Positions 27,488-37,598 of a DNA stretch of 64,000 nt are shown piece after piece. Source of the DNA: Candidatus Omnitrophota bacterium (GTDB taxonomy: Bacteria > Omnitrophota > Gorgyraeia > VGKH01); assembly GCA_022703055.1 (NCBI GenBank), contig JAKLEP010000002.1, positions 288,480-352,479 of the forward strand. The letters run 5' to 3'. The notes under the pieces are model-generated. The model was given only the letters and a program-made list of their open reading frames with translations. It did no database searches and was not told where the DNA came from. Position 1 is the stretch's first letter. Every line of letters begins with the position of its first letter. The translations under genes were made by a program, and so were the position numbers.

Positions 27488-28470
27488 TTGCTTTCTAGCT
27501 TCGTAAAGATCATTCTTCCGGCCTGAGTCTGCAAAACCGAAGTGACGTTCACCTTGACCATCTGGCCTACCAATCTTTTTGCATCTTCAACTACAATCAT
27601 CGTTCCGTCGTCTAGATATCCGACGGCCTGATTGTATTCTTTGCCTTCCTTGATTAATCTTACCTGCATGTTCTCGCCGGGAAAAACAATCGGTTTTAAG
27701 GCATTTGCCAATTCGTTGACGTTTAAAACCGTAACTCCCTGAAGACCAGCCACGCGGTTCAGATTAAAATCGGTAGTCACAACTTTCGCTTCTAAGATTT
27801 TTGCCAGATTGACTAATTTTGTATCTGTATCTCCAGGCTTTGAAGATATGTCCTCTTCATGTATTTTTACGTCGATACCAGATTCTTTTTGCAGCGTCTG
27901 CAGCATTTCAAGCCCGCGTCTTCCCCGCTGCCTTTTAATCGGATCTGAAGAATCAGCAACCTGCTGCAATTCGGCCAAGACAAATCGCGGAACAATTAAA
28001 CGTGACTCTAAGAATTTGGCTTTGTAGACATCGACTATTCTTCCGTCGATAATAGCGCTGGTATCCAAAAGGATCCTGTCTTCTCTCTGGTCCTGCCTTC
28101 TAAATTTTACGTAGGGTATAATGATATTAAATTCATCTCTGCCGCGCAGCGCCATGACCGAACCTATGTAGCAGAAAAATACAGTCAAAACTACCCTAGT
28201 AATGTATACAACCACGGCATCCAAAGGAAGCAAGGTGATAATATCCCCCATGACCTTTGCCATTATCAAACCGAAAATCAAACCGAAGACCAAACTGGAC
28301 AAGCCTCTTACCGATACCTGCCTTATGCGGGATTCCAAGGCAATTAGCGCAAGCATTGCTATCAATCCTATACCTGCCCCCTGCAAAGGATAATTCCTAA
28401 TCCCGCCGATTTGAAAACCTACGATGATACTTACAAATATGAAAAAAATACGGATAACATGTAACGTCAT
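27484..28470 (-). CDS. Membrane-anchored PIN/TRAM domain protein (YacL-like)
   Basis: 328 aa. About 4 N-terminal TM helices, PIN domain (ILLDTSAIIDGRI), C-terminal TRAM-like beta domain. Same position as yacL in the B. subtilis clpC-radA region. Confidence 0.75.
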   Translation of the reverse strand: MTLHVIRIFFIFVSIIVGFQIGGIRNYPLQGAGIGLIAMLALIALESRIRQVSVRGLSSLVFGLIFGLIMAKVMGDIITLLPLDAVVVYITRVVLTVFFCYIGSVMALRGRDEFNIIIPYVKFRRQDQREDRILLDTSAIIDGRIVDVYKAKFLESRLIVPRFVLAELQQVADSSDPIKRQRGRRGLEMLQTLQKESGIDVKIHEEDISSKPGDTDTKLVNLAKILEAKVVTTDFNLNRVAGLQGVTVLNVNELANALKPIVFPGENMQVRLIKEGKEYNQAVGYLDDGTMIVVEDAKRLVGQMVKVNVTSVLQTQAGRMIFTKLESK

Positions 28471-28507
28471 CTAACCCACCTTCCTTTAAAATAAAACCAT
28501 TATAAAA

Positions 28508-29872
28508 TTATAATAATTCTAATACTTCCCCAGCAGAATAAACCGGAACGATCTCAATTTTAGAATCCTCGAAAGCCTTCTTATTCTTTAAATTATTCTT
28601 GGGAACGAAGCATCTCTTAAACCCAAGTTTCTGGACTTCGTTTATCCTGGCGTCGATTTGGCTGACGCTTCTCACCTCTGCCGCCAGCCCAACCTCTCCG
28701 ATTAAAACCGTTTCTGCAGGGATAACTCTATCTTTAAGTGCCGAGGCGATTGCAATAATTACCGCCAAATCGGCAGCTGGATCTTCAACTTTTACACCAC
28801 CGGCAACATTAACAAATATATCTTTATCGGATAAATCCATCTTGAGCCTTTTTTCTAAAACAGCAACCAACAAAGATACCCTATTGTAATCTATTCCTTG
28901 CGTCCTTCTTTTGGCAAAACCAAAACTGGCCTTGCTGACCAGCGCCTGGATTTCCACCAAAATAGGCCTACTTCCCTCTAATACCGCAACGACTGCTGAT
29001 CCCGATGTCTGCTTTACCCTCTCAGAAAGAAATATCTCCGACGGGTTTTTGACTTCCAATAATCCGCTCTGCGCCATCTCAAAGACGCCTATTTCATTGG
29101 TAGAGCCAAACCGGTTTTTTACTGCCCTAAGTATTCTGTAAACGGAGTAGCGTTCGCCCTCGAAATAAAGCACGGTATCGACGATATGCTCGAGAACTTT
29201 CGGGCCGGCAAGCGAACCTTCTTTGGTCACATGGCCGATGATAAACATAGCAATTCCCATCGATTTTGCCAACTGTGTCAAAATAGCTGCGCATTCCCTG
29301 ACCTGGCCAACACTTCCCGGGCTTGAAGAGATATCCGAAAGATAAACCACCTGTATTGAATCTATAATTACCACTTCTGGCGATAGCTGCTTTATGTATT
29401 CCGTAATCAGATTTAAATCTATCTGGTTAACAATATATAAATTTTCATTACTCTTGGTTTGGAGACGATTTGCCCGCAGCTTTGTCTGTTTGACCGATTC
29501 TTCCCCACTTATGTAAAGGACTCTATGGCCAGCCTGACTCAAAAGACAGGATATCTGCAAAGAAATAGTGGACTTTCCAATTCCCGGGTCGCCCCCGACT
29601 AACACAACCGAACCAGGAACTATGCCTCCGCCCAAAACCCGATCAAATTCCTCAATCGATGTTTTAATCCGGGACTCTTCCTTCGCTTCGATCTCCGATA
29701 GTAAAACCGGATTCTCTTTAGAGGAAAATTCAGCCCTGGCAGTTGTTGCCTCGGGTACAAAGGCTTCCTCAACATAAGAATTCCAACTTCCGCAATTGGC
29801 GCATTTACCCATCCATTTAGGGGATTGCGTCCCGCAATTCTGGCATACAAAAATTGATTTTACTTTAGTCAT
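28508..29872 (-). CDS. radA: DNA repair protein RadA/Sms
   Basis: 454 aa. N-terminal zinc finger CQNCG...CANCGSW, Walker A GDPGIGKST, KNRFG motif, Lon-like C-terminal domain. Confidence 0.9.
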   Translation of the reverse strand: MTKVKSIFVCQNCGTQSPKWMGKCANCGSWNSYVEEAFVPEATTARAEFSSKENPVLLSEIEAKEESRIKTSIEEFDRVLGGGIVPGSVVLVGGDPGIGKSTISLQISCLLSQAGHRVLYISGEESVKQTKLRANRLQTKSNENLYIVNQIDLNLITEYIKQLSPEVVIIDSIQVVYLSDISSSPGSVGQVRECAAILTQLAKSMGIAMFIIGHVTKEGSLAGPKVLEHIVDTVLYFEGERYSVYRILRAVKNRFGSTNEIGVFEMAQSGLLEVKNPSEIFLSERVKQTSGSAVVAVLEGSRPILVEIQALVSKASFGFAKRRTQGIDYNRVSLLVAVLEKRLKMDLSDKDIFVNVAGGVKVEDPAADLAVIIAIASALKDRVIPAETVLIGEVGLAAEVRSVSQIDARINEVQKLGFKRCFVPKNNLKNKKAFEDSKIEIVPVYSAGEVLELL

Positions 29873-29875
29873 ATT

Positions 29876-30847
29876 CTAAAATTTGAGCGTTTGTTCAACA
29901 CCCAGCATATCAAAACTTGAATCATCCTTCAGACGCAAGTTCTCCGGCCGTCCGGATTTAAAACTTTTCTCAAGTTCTAAATTACCCCGCTCTTTTTCTC
30001 GACGGATTGTCCACTTACGCAAGCTTAAATCATCGGAATTAGTTAAAGGAAAGAAACTGAAACTATTTTCGCTGGAATACAAATTATTGACTTCGTTCAG
30101 ATTAAGCTTCCCGTCAAAAGCATAAACTGTACCATCCTGCTCTATAATCTCGCAATCATGAAGATTGACAATAGGGTATATTCCTTCGAGGCCAACTGTA
30201 ATCTCACGATAGGAAATGCCTTGCGCTATGCCGTCTTTAGCCCTTAGTTGACCGTTTATTCGTAAATTTGCTGCCGGCCCCTTAAATCTTAAGAAACCAT
30301 CAGCTGTCCCAGACAAGGCTAAATCTTCCTGTTTTAGCCCTAAAAGAGCAGTTAGTTGATTGATGTCGGCATCTTTAATTTCCGCATATAAGTTAATTTC
30401 TTTAGACCCAACAAGACTTATCTCGCCAATAATATTAGAATTTCCCCATGATAACTTTGAAATAGATAGGGAATCCTTTGTTAAGGTGAAATTAGCCAGA
30501 AAATTATCGAATGGCTTGTAATCCATCAAAGAATACTTCGATTCAAGATCGCATTTTAAAACCCTGACACCATCCTGCTCTACGAAGCCGCCCTGACCAG
30601 ATATCTCAGTTGAGAAAATATGGCCATTAAATTTAAAATTCTGGATTTTTGCTTCGATAAACAATTTATCGTCATCAAAACTCACGTTGGTTTTTAGTAT
30701 GCTTTTTTCTTTAAAATTCATCTCCAGGCTGAAGATATGCTTTAAGAAGTCAAGGTCGCCTTTAAAATTATAGATATTTTCAGCAAATAACGGCTGGCTT
30801 ATTAAGATTAAAGATACTAAAACCAAAATCGATGCTAATTTCTTCAT
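29876..30847 (-). CDS. Hypothetical secreted / envelope protein
   Basis: 323 aa. N-terminal signal peptide ([24 protein letters not shown]). Beta-rich, ends ...GVEQTLKF (aromatic C-terminus). I recognise no family. TAATG overlap with the clpC stop, and 3 nt from the radA start. Confidence 0.4.
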   Translation of the reverse strand: MKKLASILVLVSLILISQPLFAENIYNFKGDLDFLKHIFSLEMNFKEKSILKTNVSFDDDKLFIEAKIQNFKFNGHIFSTEISGQGGFVEQDGVRVLKCDLESKYSLMDYKPFDNFLANFTLTKDSLSISKLSWGNSNIIGEISLVGSKEINLYAEIKDADINQLTALLGLKQEDLALSGTADGFLRFKGPAANLRINGQLRAKDGIAQGISYREITVGLEGIYPIVNLHDCEIIEQDGTVYAFDGKLNLNEVNNLYSSENSFSFFPLTNSDDLSLRKWTIRREKERGNLELEKSFKSGRPENLRLKDDSSFDMLGVEQTLKF

Positions 30848-33261
30848 TATTCAAAAATTAGAGTGTCGTTCTTCTTCTTAATAGTAATCTGAGCTCCTTC
30901 TTTGAATCTGCCGGAGATTATTTCTTCGGAAAGAGGATCCTCTATGAATCGCTGGATGGTTCTTTTTAAAGGACGAGCGCCAAAAACAGGATCAAAACCT
31001 TTTTCCATCAATAAATCTTTGGCCTCTTGAGTCAAATTAATAGTTATCTTTTGTTCTTTTAAGCGCTCTGCGACTTCGCCGACTTCGATATCGACAATCC
31101 GCGCAAGGTCATCTTTGGTAAGCGACCTAAAAACGATAATATCATCGATACGGTTTAAAAATTCCGGCTTGAATGTCCTCTTGACTTCATCTAAAAGCTT
31201 CACTTTCATATCCTGGTAGCTTATCTCATCGGTCTGGGCTTTAAATCCAAGCGAACCCTGCTTACGCAAAATGTCGGCCCCGACGTTAGAAGTCATGATA
31301 ACGATAGTATTTCTAAAGTCTACTTTTCTACCGAAACTGTCAGTAAGCCGGCCATCCTCAAATACCTGAAGCAAAATGTTAAAGACATCCGGATGGGCCT
31401 TTTCTATTTCATCAAGGAGTATTACAGAATACGGCCTGCGCCTTACTCTTTCGGTCAATTGCCCGCCCTCTTCGTATCCGACGTATCCTGGCGGAGCACC
31501 GATAAGGCGAGATACATTAAACTTTTCCATATACTCCGACATATCCAACTGGATTAGGGCATTTTCATCACCGAACATAAATTCTGCCAAAGCTCGGGCT
31601 AAAAGAGTCTTTCCTACGCCGGTTGGCCCTAAAAATATAAAGGAGCCTATCGGACGCCGAGGATCTTTAATACCGGCACGCGAACGCCGGACAGCGGACA
31701 CGATCGCTGCGATCGCTTCATCCTGACCGATAACCCGCCTATGGATCTCTTCCTTCATCTTCATCAATTTTTCGCTTTCCTGCTCTTCCAATCTAAAAAG
31801 CGGGATTCCAGTCCATTGTGAAACTATGCTAGCAATCTCTTCTTCGCCTAACTTCGGACGTATCTCATCTCGCTTTTTCTCCCATTCTGTTTTTGCTGTC
31901 TCAAGTGCTGTGCGCGCATTTCTCTCCTGGTCGCGAAGCTTAGCTGCTTTTTCAAAATCCTGACTCTTGATAAAAGCCTCTTTTTCCTTACGCAGCTCTT
32001 CCATATTGATTTCAAGCTGTTTTATTTCATCGGGAGCTGTCATTGAAGATAATCTTGCCCTAGAGCCTGCTTCGTCAATAATATCTATAGCCTTATCGGG
32101 CAGAAATCTACCCGTAACATACCTGTCGGAAAGCCTGGCAGCAGCAATTAATGCTTGATCAGTAAAAGTGACGCGATGATGGCTCTCATATCTATCCCTT
32201 AAGCCCTTCAATATCTCAATAGTTTCATCAACTGACGGAGGCTCGACCATTATCGTCTGGAATCTTCTTTCTAGGGCAGCATCTTTTTCTATGTGCTTTC
32301 GGTATTCATTCAAAGTAGTTGCGCCGATACATTGAATTTCGCCTCTGGATAAGGCTGGCTTTAAAATATTAGAAGCATCTATGGCGCCTTCGGCTGCCCC
32401 GGCACCGACCAAGGTATGCAACTCATCAATAAAGATTATCACGTTTGTCGAGCGCCTGATCTCATCCATCACGGCCTTGATTCTTTCTTCAAACTGACCG
32501 CGATATTTTGTTCCAGCGATCATCAACGCCAAATCCAAAATGACTATGCGTTTACCTCTCAAAACTTCCGGGACATTTCCTGCTATGATAGCCTGCGCAA
32601 GTCCTTCGACGATAGCAGTCTTTCCTACGCCAGCTTCACCCAACAGAACAGGATTATTTTTGGTCCTTCTACTTAATATCTGAATGACCCTTTCAATCTC
32701 GGCTTTCCTGTTTATTACGGGATCTAATTTATTTTCTTTGGCTAAAGCAGTCAAATCTCTTCCGAACGCATCCAATGCCGGGGTTTTTGATGATTTAGTT
32801 GCCTGCGCTCCGAATCCCGGAGTAGCCGAACCCAAAAGATTCATGACTTCATTTCTTGCCTTTTCAATATCCAGGCCTAAATTCAATAGAACCTGCGAGG
32901 CGACCCCCTCATTCTCTTTTATCAAACCTAAAAGCAGATGCTCGGTTCCGATGTAATTATGGCCGAGGGATCTTGCCTCTTCGGCGGAAAGCTCTAAAAC
33001 TTTCTTGGCTCTAGGAGTAAATGGGATATCGCCTAAAACCTGGGTAGATGGTCCGGGCTGGACTAATTTTTCAATTTCAATCCTGATATTTTCCAAGCTT
33101 ACTCCAAGTTTTTGCAAAACCGCGGCGGCGACTCCTTCGCCTTCCCTTACTAAGCCTAAAAGCAAATGTTCAGTTCCGATGTAGTCGTGATTAAACCTTC
33201 TGGCTTCCTCTTTAGCCAAGATAATCACTTTTCTTGCTCTTTCAGTGAATCTGTTAAACAT
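30847..33261 (-). CDS. clpC: ATP-dependent Clp protease ATP-binding subunit ClpC
   Basis: 804 aa. Double Clp-N repeat, two AAA+ modules (GEAGVGKTA; GPTGVGKT), UVR-like linker between them. Confidence 0.9.
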   Translation of the reverse strand: MFNRFTERARKVIILAKEEARRFNHDYIGTEHLLLGLVREGEGVAAAVLQKLGVSLENIRIEIEKLVQPGPSTQVLGDIPFTPRAKKVLELSAEEARSLGHNYIGTEHLLLGLIKENEGVASQVLLNLGLDIEKARNEVMNLLGSATPGFGAQATKSSKTPALDAFGRDLTALAKENKLDPVINRKAEIERVIQILSRRTKNNPVLLGEAGVGKTAIVEGLAQAIIAGNVPEVLRGKRIVILDLALMIAGTKYRGQFEERIKAVMDEIRRSTNVIIFIDELHTLVGAGAAEGAIDASNILKPALSRGEIQCIGATTLNEYRKHIEKDAALERRFQTIMVEPPSVDETIEILKGLRDRYESHHRVTFTDQALIAAARLSDRYVTGRFLPDKAIDIIDEAGSRARLSSMTAPDEIKQLEINMEELRKEKEAFIKSQDFEKAAKLRDQERNARTALETAKTEWEKKRDEIRPKLGEEEIASIVSQWTGIPLFRLEEQESEKLMKMKEEIHRRVIGQDEAIAAIVSAVRRSRAGIKDPRRPIGSFIFLGPTGVGKTLLARALAEFMFGDENALIQLDMSEYMEKFNVSRLIGAPPGYVGYEEGGQLTERVRRRPYSVILLDEIEKAHPDVFNILLQVFEDGRLTDSFGRKVDFRNTIVIMTSNVGADILRKQGSLGFKAQTDEISYQDMKVKLLDEVKRTFKPEFLNRIDDIIVFRSLTKDDLARIVDIEVGEVAERLKEQKITINLTQEAKDLLMEKGFDPVFGARPLKRTIQRFIEDPLSEEIISGRFKEGAQITIKKKNDTLIFE

Positions 33262-33265
33262 GATG

Positions 33266-34315
33266 CTAACCTCCTAATTTCTCTCTGATTAAATTCGCTC
33301 TTTTAACATCTCTTTCCTGAGTAGTCAATTTCTTGCCCTCAATCTTTTGCAAATGCGCCGGCTGAATAATTATAAATAATTCATTAAGTAATTTTCTGTC
33401 TAAATCTTTGATAATTCCGATATCCACGCCGAGCCTTACCATGGAAAGCAGTTCGATTGTTTCATCGCTAGAAATGATGTGGGCGTTCTTTAATGTGCCG
33501 ATAGCTCTAAAAATTCTGTCCTGCAATAGCTGTTTATGCTGCTGCATAAGAGTTTTTCGCGCCTGATCTTCCTGCTCAATAACCTGTTTTATAAGCCCTC
33601 TGATATTTTCCAGAATCTCTAATTCGCTATGCCCTAAAGACACCTGATTTGAGACCTGGAAGAAATTTCCTGAAGCCTGCGTCCCTTCTCCATACAAACC
33701 GCGGGTAGTAAAGCTCAACTTTGAAATTGCGGTTAATATTTTATTTATCTGCTTAGTCATAACTAGCCCGGGAAGATGGAGCATGACCGAACCCCTCATT
33801 CCTGTGCCGGTATTAGTCGGACATGCCGTAAGATATCCCCACTCCGGCGAAAAAGCAAATTGTAGCTTTTCTGATAATTCGTTATCGATTCTGTCAATAA
33901 TTTCCCAGGCGCCGAATAAATCAAAACCCGATTGGATTACCTGCATCCTCAGGTGATCCTCTTCGTTTATCATAATGGAAACTATTTCTTCTTCGCTTAC
34001 TACCACTGCCTTTGAATCAGGACGAAGCGCGTGTTCCCGCGACATAAGATGCCTTTCAATCAGAAATTGCTTATCCACATTGTCTAAGTCGTTTAAATTT
34101 AAAAGCAGTGATTTCTTAAGCAGATTGACTTTTTGGACCGCCTCTTTAATCTTCTCTAAGTTTTCTTCCGACTGCTTCTTATTCGCCCGGCTGGGAAACA
34201 GAGCCTTGTCTAAATTTCTTGCCAGCCTTACGCGGCTGGAGATAACGATATCTGAATTGGGGCCGGTGCCTTTGAGCCATTCGCTGGTCTGTTTTAAGAA
34301 ATCATTAAGCTGCAT
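33266..34315 (-). CDS. mcsB: Protein arginine kinase McsB
   Basis: Start moved to ATG 34315 ([16 protein letters not shown]...); the ORF-track extension overlaps mcsA. ATP:guanido phosphotransferase motifs ([18 protein letters not shown]). Confidence 0.85.
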   Translation of the reverse strand: MQLNDFLKQTSEWLKGTGPNSDIVISSRVRLARNLDKALFPSRANKKQSEENLEKIKEAVQKVNLLKKSLLLNLNDLDNVDKQFLIERHLMSREHALRPDSKAVVVSEEEIVSIMINEEDHLRMQVIQSGFDLFGAWEIIDRIDNELSEKLQFAFSPEWGYLTACPTNTGTGMRGSVMLHLPGLVMTKQINKILTAISKLSFTTRGLYGEGTQASGNFFQVSNQVSLGHSELEILENIRGLIKQVIEQEDQARKTLMQQHKQLLQDRIFRAIGTLKNAHIISSDETIELLSMVRLGVDIGIIKDLDRKLLNELFIIIQPAHLQKIEGKKLTTQERDVKRANLIREKLGG

Positions 34316-34820
34316 CTTCGGTCTCCTTGTTATTTTTCTCAAGTTCCTTAATCTTGTCGCGAATTCTCGCCGCCTCTTCAAATTCTTCCATTTGGATTGC
34401 CCGCTGCAACTTGTCTTTTAATTCCTGCAATGTCGATTTTGTCTTGACTGGCTTGGCAAGCCGCAAGGGAGTTTTTCCCAAATGCTGATTTGAACCGTGT
34501 ATTTTCTTAAGCAAGACACTTAGAGATTTCTTGAAAGTATTGTAGCATTCGCTGCATCCCAGGCGGCCGACTTTCCTGAAATCTTCATAGCTTAGGCCGC
34601 AATTAAGACACTTTACCGTAACCGGGCCGGCTTCTTCCTTGACCTGTTTTCCCATGTCAGATAAACCTGCCAATAAATCCGCCAGACCGAATTGCTGCTC
34701 CATCTGGACGCTCTTTTCCTTGGCGCATTCATCGCAAAGATGCAGCTCAGTCATCTGCTCGTCAACTATCTCGGTCAAATGAACAGTTGCCTGTTTTTTT
34801 CCGCAAATATCACAAAGCAT
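34305..34820 (-). CDS. mcsA: McsA (UvrB/UvrC-motif protein, activator of McsB)
   Basis: 171 aa. N-terminal CxxC zinc fingers (CDICG...CDEC; CLNCG...CSEC), C-terminal UVR motif (EEFEEAARIRDKIKELE). Confidence 0.8.
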   Translation of the reverse strand: MLCDICGKKQATVHLTEIVDEQMTELHLCDECAKEKSVQMEQQFGLADLLAGLSDMGKQVKEEAGPVTVKCLNCGLSYEDFRKVGRLGCSECYNTFKKSLSVLLKKIHGSNQHLGKTPLRLAKPVKTKSTLQELKDKLQRAIQMEEFEEAARIRDKIKELEKNNKETEDAA

Positions 34821-35688
34821 ATTTTACTCCCTCGGTTTTGGTTAACTTTCGGAATTGTTCAGTCAATTTCTTAGTAATTTCTCCGGGTTTTCCGCTACCG
34901 ATAGTCCTACCGTCCACTTTTACCACAGGAATAATCTCAGCAGCAGTGCCGGTCAAAAAGCATTCATCCGAAGTATACACTTCGTGTCTAGTAACCACAT
35001 GTTCGTGCACAGGAATTTTCATCTTAGGCGCCATTTCTAAAACAGTATCTCTCGTGATGCCTCTTAATGTGCCCATGCACTGAGGAGGAGTGTAGAGTTG
35101 TTTTCTTCTCACGATAAAAATGTTATCTCCAGTGCATTCTGCCACGTATCCCAGATGATCCAGCATAATTGCTTCTTCGGCTCCGGCATTAATCGCCTCG
35201 ATTTTAGCCAAAATATTATTTAAATAGTTTAGGCTTTTAATCTGAGGATTTAATGCCTCGGGCAGATTCCGCACTGTTGGCACAGTAACAATCTTTAACC
35301 CATTTTTATAAAGCGAATCGGGATAAAGAGTAATCTTATCGGTAATGATAATGATAGTGGCATTACCGGCACATTTTCTCGGATCCAATCCCAAATCACC
35401 TTCGCCGCGAGTAACAATAAGCCTAATATAAGCATCTTTTAATTTATTGGCTCTTAGAGTATTGATAACTGCCTTTATCAGCTCCTGCTTAGCCATGGGG
35501 ATCTTTAAGGTTATCGACTGGGCAGATTCATAGAGCCTATCGATGTGTTCCTTTAATTTAAAAACTAATTTATTGTAGGCGCGGATTCCCTCAAACACAC
35601 CATCTCCGTATAGAAGTCCATGATCAAAGACTGAAATCTTTGCCTGTTCTCTTTCAAATAATTTTCCGTTAATATAGATTTTCATCAA
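34810..35688 (-). CDS. ilvE: Branched-chain amino acid aminotransferase (class IV)
   Basis: 292 aa. GDGVFEGIRAY, catalytic-Lys region (QIKSLNYLNNILAK), ECTGDNIF. Confidence 0.85.
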   Translation of the reverse strand: MMKIYINGKLFEREQAKISVFDHGLLYGDGVFEGIRAYNKLVFKLKEHIDRLYESAQSITLKIPMAKQELIKAVINTLRANKLKDAYIRLIVTRGEGDLGLDPRKCAGNATIIIITDKITLYPDSLYKNGLKIVTVPTVRNLPEALNPQIKSLNYLNNILAKIEAINAGAEEAIMLDHLGYVAECTGDNIFIVRRKQLYTPPQCMGTLRGITRDTVLEMAPKMKIPVHEHVVTRHEVYTSDECFLTGTAAEIIPVVKVDGRTIGSGKPGEITKKLTEQFRKLTKTEGVKYAL

Positions 35689-35699
35689 CCTCTCCCTGT

Positions 35700-36392
35700 T
35701 TAATTATGGTTAAACAATTGTCCGTCTCTTATGTGGACCACTCTTTTAGCGATACTGGCTATTTTTTGCTCATGAGTAACGATGACTACGGTTTTTCTGT
35801 TTTCTTTATTTAACTTTAGAAGTAATTCACAAATTTCATCCCCCGTTTTGGAATCAAGATTACCAGTCGGCTCATCACAGAAAATAATCTCCGGGTCATT
35901 CATCAGAGCCCTGGCGATAGCCACCCGCTGCAGTTCTCCACCTGAAAGCTGATACGGCCGATGAAGTTTCCTGTGCGATAATTTAACCATGTCTAACAAA
36001 CCGCTGGCATCCTTACTGTAATCGCTCTTTCTTGATTTTAGATTGCCATTTATCAAAGCTGGCAAGAATACATTTTCTAAAGCACTGAATTCCGGCAGTA
36101 AATTATAAAACTGAAATACAAAACCGATTTTGCGGTTTCTTATATCAGCGCGGTTATTATCGCTTAAGCTATAGATATCAACTCCGTCAATTAACACCGA
36201 GCCTTTAGTCGGAATATCCAACCCGCCCAATAGATGCAATAGTGTTGATTTTCCTGCGCCCGATGGACCCTGGATAACGAGCAGTTCTTCTTTTTTTATT
36301 TCCAAATCAATACCTTTTAAAACCTCTAACTTTTTAGCGGTATCGGTAAATGTTTTATGTAAATTCTTAGTCTCGATCAAAATGTTATTCAT
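35700..36392 (-). CDS. lolD: ABC transporter ATP-binding protein, LolD-like
   Basis: 230 aa. Walker A GPSGAGKST, signature LSGGELQRVAIARA, Walker B IIFCDEPTGNLD. Overlaps the upstream permease gene. Confidence 0.8.
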   Translation of the reverse strand: MNNILIETKNLHKTFTDTAKKLEVLKGIDLEIKKEELLVIQGPSGAGKSTLLHLLGGLDIPTKGSVLIDGVDIYSLSDNNRADIRNRKIGFVFQFYNLLPEFSALENVFLPALINGNLKSRKSDYSKDASGLLDMVKLSHRKLHRPYQLSGGELQRVAIARALMNDPEIIFCDEPTGNLDSKTGDEICELLLKLNKENRKTVVIVTHEQKIASIAKRVVHIRDGQLFNHN

Positions 36393-37596
36393 GCCTTAAT
36401 GCTTCGCTTAAATTAATCCTTGATGCCCTATAAGCCGGATATAAACTTGCCAAAAGACTGATTATGAAGGCGCTTATGGCAATTATAGAAATATCAGTGA
36501 TATTAAAACTTGTCGGCAACTTATCAAAATAATAAATATCCTTAGGAATAAGGCTGCGGCCGATTAATCGAGATATAAAATCGACTATCCGATTTAATGA
36601 TGAAGCCAACATTACCCCTCCGACAATACCTAAGAATATTCCCATGAATCCGATCCCTAAACCTTGCAAAAGAAAAAGAAGCATAATATTTCTGGTTTTG
36701 GCTCCGATAGCACGCAGAACTGCGATATCCTTAATCCTGCTCATAACTGACATGATAAGAGTGCTTACAATGCCGAAAGCCGCAACCACTGTAGTCATTA
36801 CTACGACGATAAACATCACGGTTTTTTCTATCTTTAAGGCGCTTAAGAAATTCCGGTTCATATCAATCCAAGTCATCACCGAATAAAAATATTTGGTCCT
36901 TAATCTTTCATATATAGTCTGCTTTACTTTTTCCGCATTATAAGCATTGTCGACCTTAATGTTGATTCCCGGAATCACATTGGAGGTTTTCAAGAAATTC
37001 TGCGCGCCCTTTAGGCTCGTAATAACCAGATTGGAATCATAAAGGTACATCCCAGAATTAAAAATCCCTTTTATCTTGAAATTTACAGGCGCGAATGTCG
37101 TTGGGGATATTAGGCTTAAGCTATCGCCTATTCTTAAGTTCATATTTAAAGCCAGCTCCTTACCGACAACCAAGTCATTCTCTGATAAATCCAAGCTTCC
37201 GCTGGTTAAATATTCCTTTATTTTGGTCACTTCCTCTTGTTTCTTGGGATCGATTCCTCGAAACTCGACTCCTACGATATCCTTCCCATCTTTAATGATA
37301 GCTTGACCTTCAACAAAAGGCGCAAGCGCCACCACTTGAGGTATTTTTTTAAGTTCGCTGATAACCGCCGTGTCGTCTTTTAATCCGTCAGGAAAATTGA
37401 TAACAATATGTGCGTTGGTGCCAGTTAATTTATCCTCAAGATACCTATCGAAACCGCTCATTACCGCTATGACCACTATAAGCACGATAACGCCTACGGC
37501 GATACCAATCATCGAAATAAAAGCAGTCAGGGAAATGAATCTTTCCCTCTGTCTTGACCTCAGATAACGCTGGCTCATCCATAACTCACATAACAT
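36385..37596 (-). CDS. Lipoprotein-releasing system permease LolC/E family (FtsX-like)
   Basis: 403 aa. TM1, large periplasmic MacB-like domain, three C-terminal TM helices of the FtsX fold. Paired with lolD. Confidence 0.8.
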   Translation of the reverse strand: MLCELWMSQRYLRSRQRERFISLTAFISMIGIAVGVIVLIVVIAVMSGFDRYLEDKLTGTNAHIVINFPDGLKDDTAVISELKKIPQVVALAPFVEGQAIIKDGKDIVGVEFRGIDPKKQEEVTKIKEYLTSGSLDLSENDLVVGKELALNMNLRIGDSLSLISPTTFAPVNFKIKGIFNSGMYLYDSNLVITSLKGAQNFLKTSNVIPGINIKVDNAYNAEKVKQTIYERLRTKYFYSVMTWIDMNRNFLSALKIEKTVMFIVVVMTTVVAAFGIVSTLIMSVMSRIKDIAVLRAIGAKTRNIMLLFLLQGLGIGFMGIFLGIVGGVMLASSLNRIVDFISRLIGRSLIPKDIYYFDKLPTSFNITDISIIAISAFIISLLASLYPAYRASRINLSEALRHE

Positions 37597-37598
37597 AA

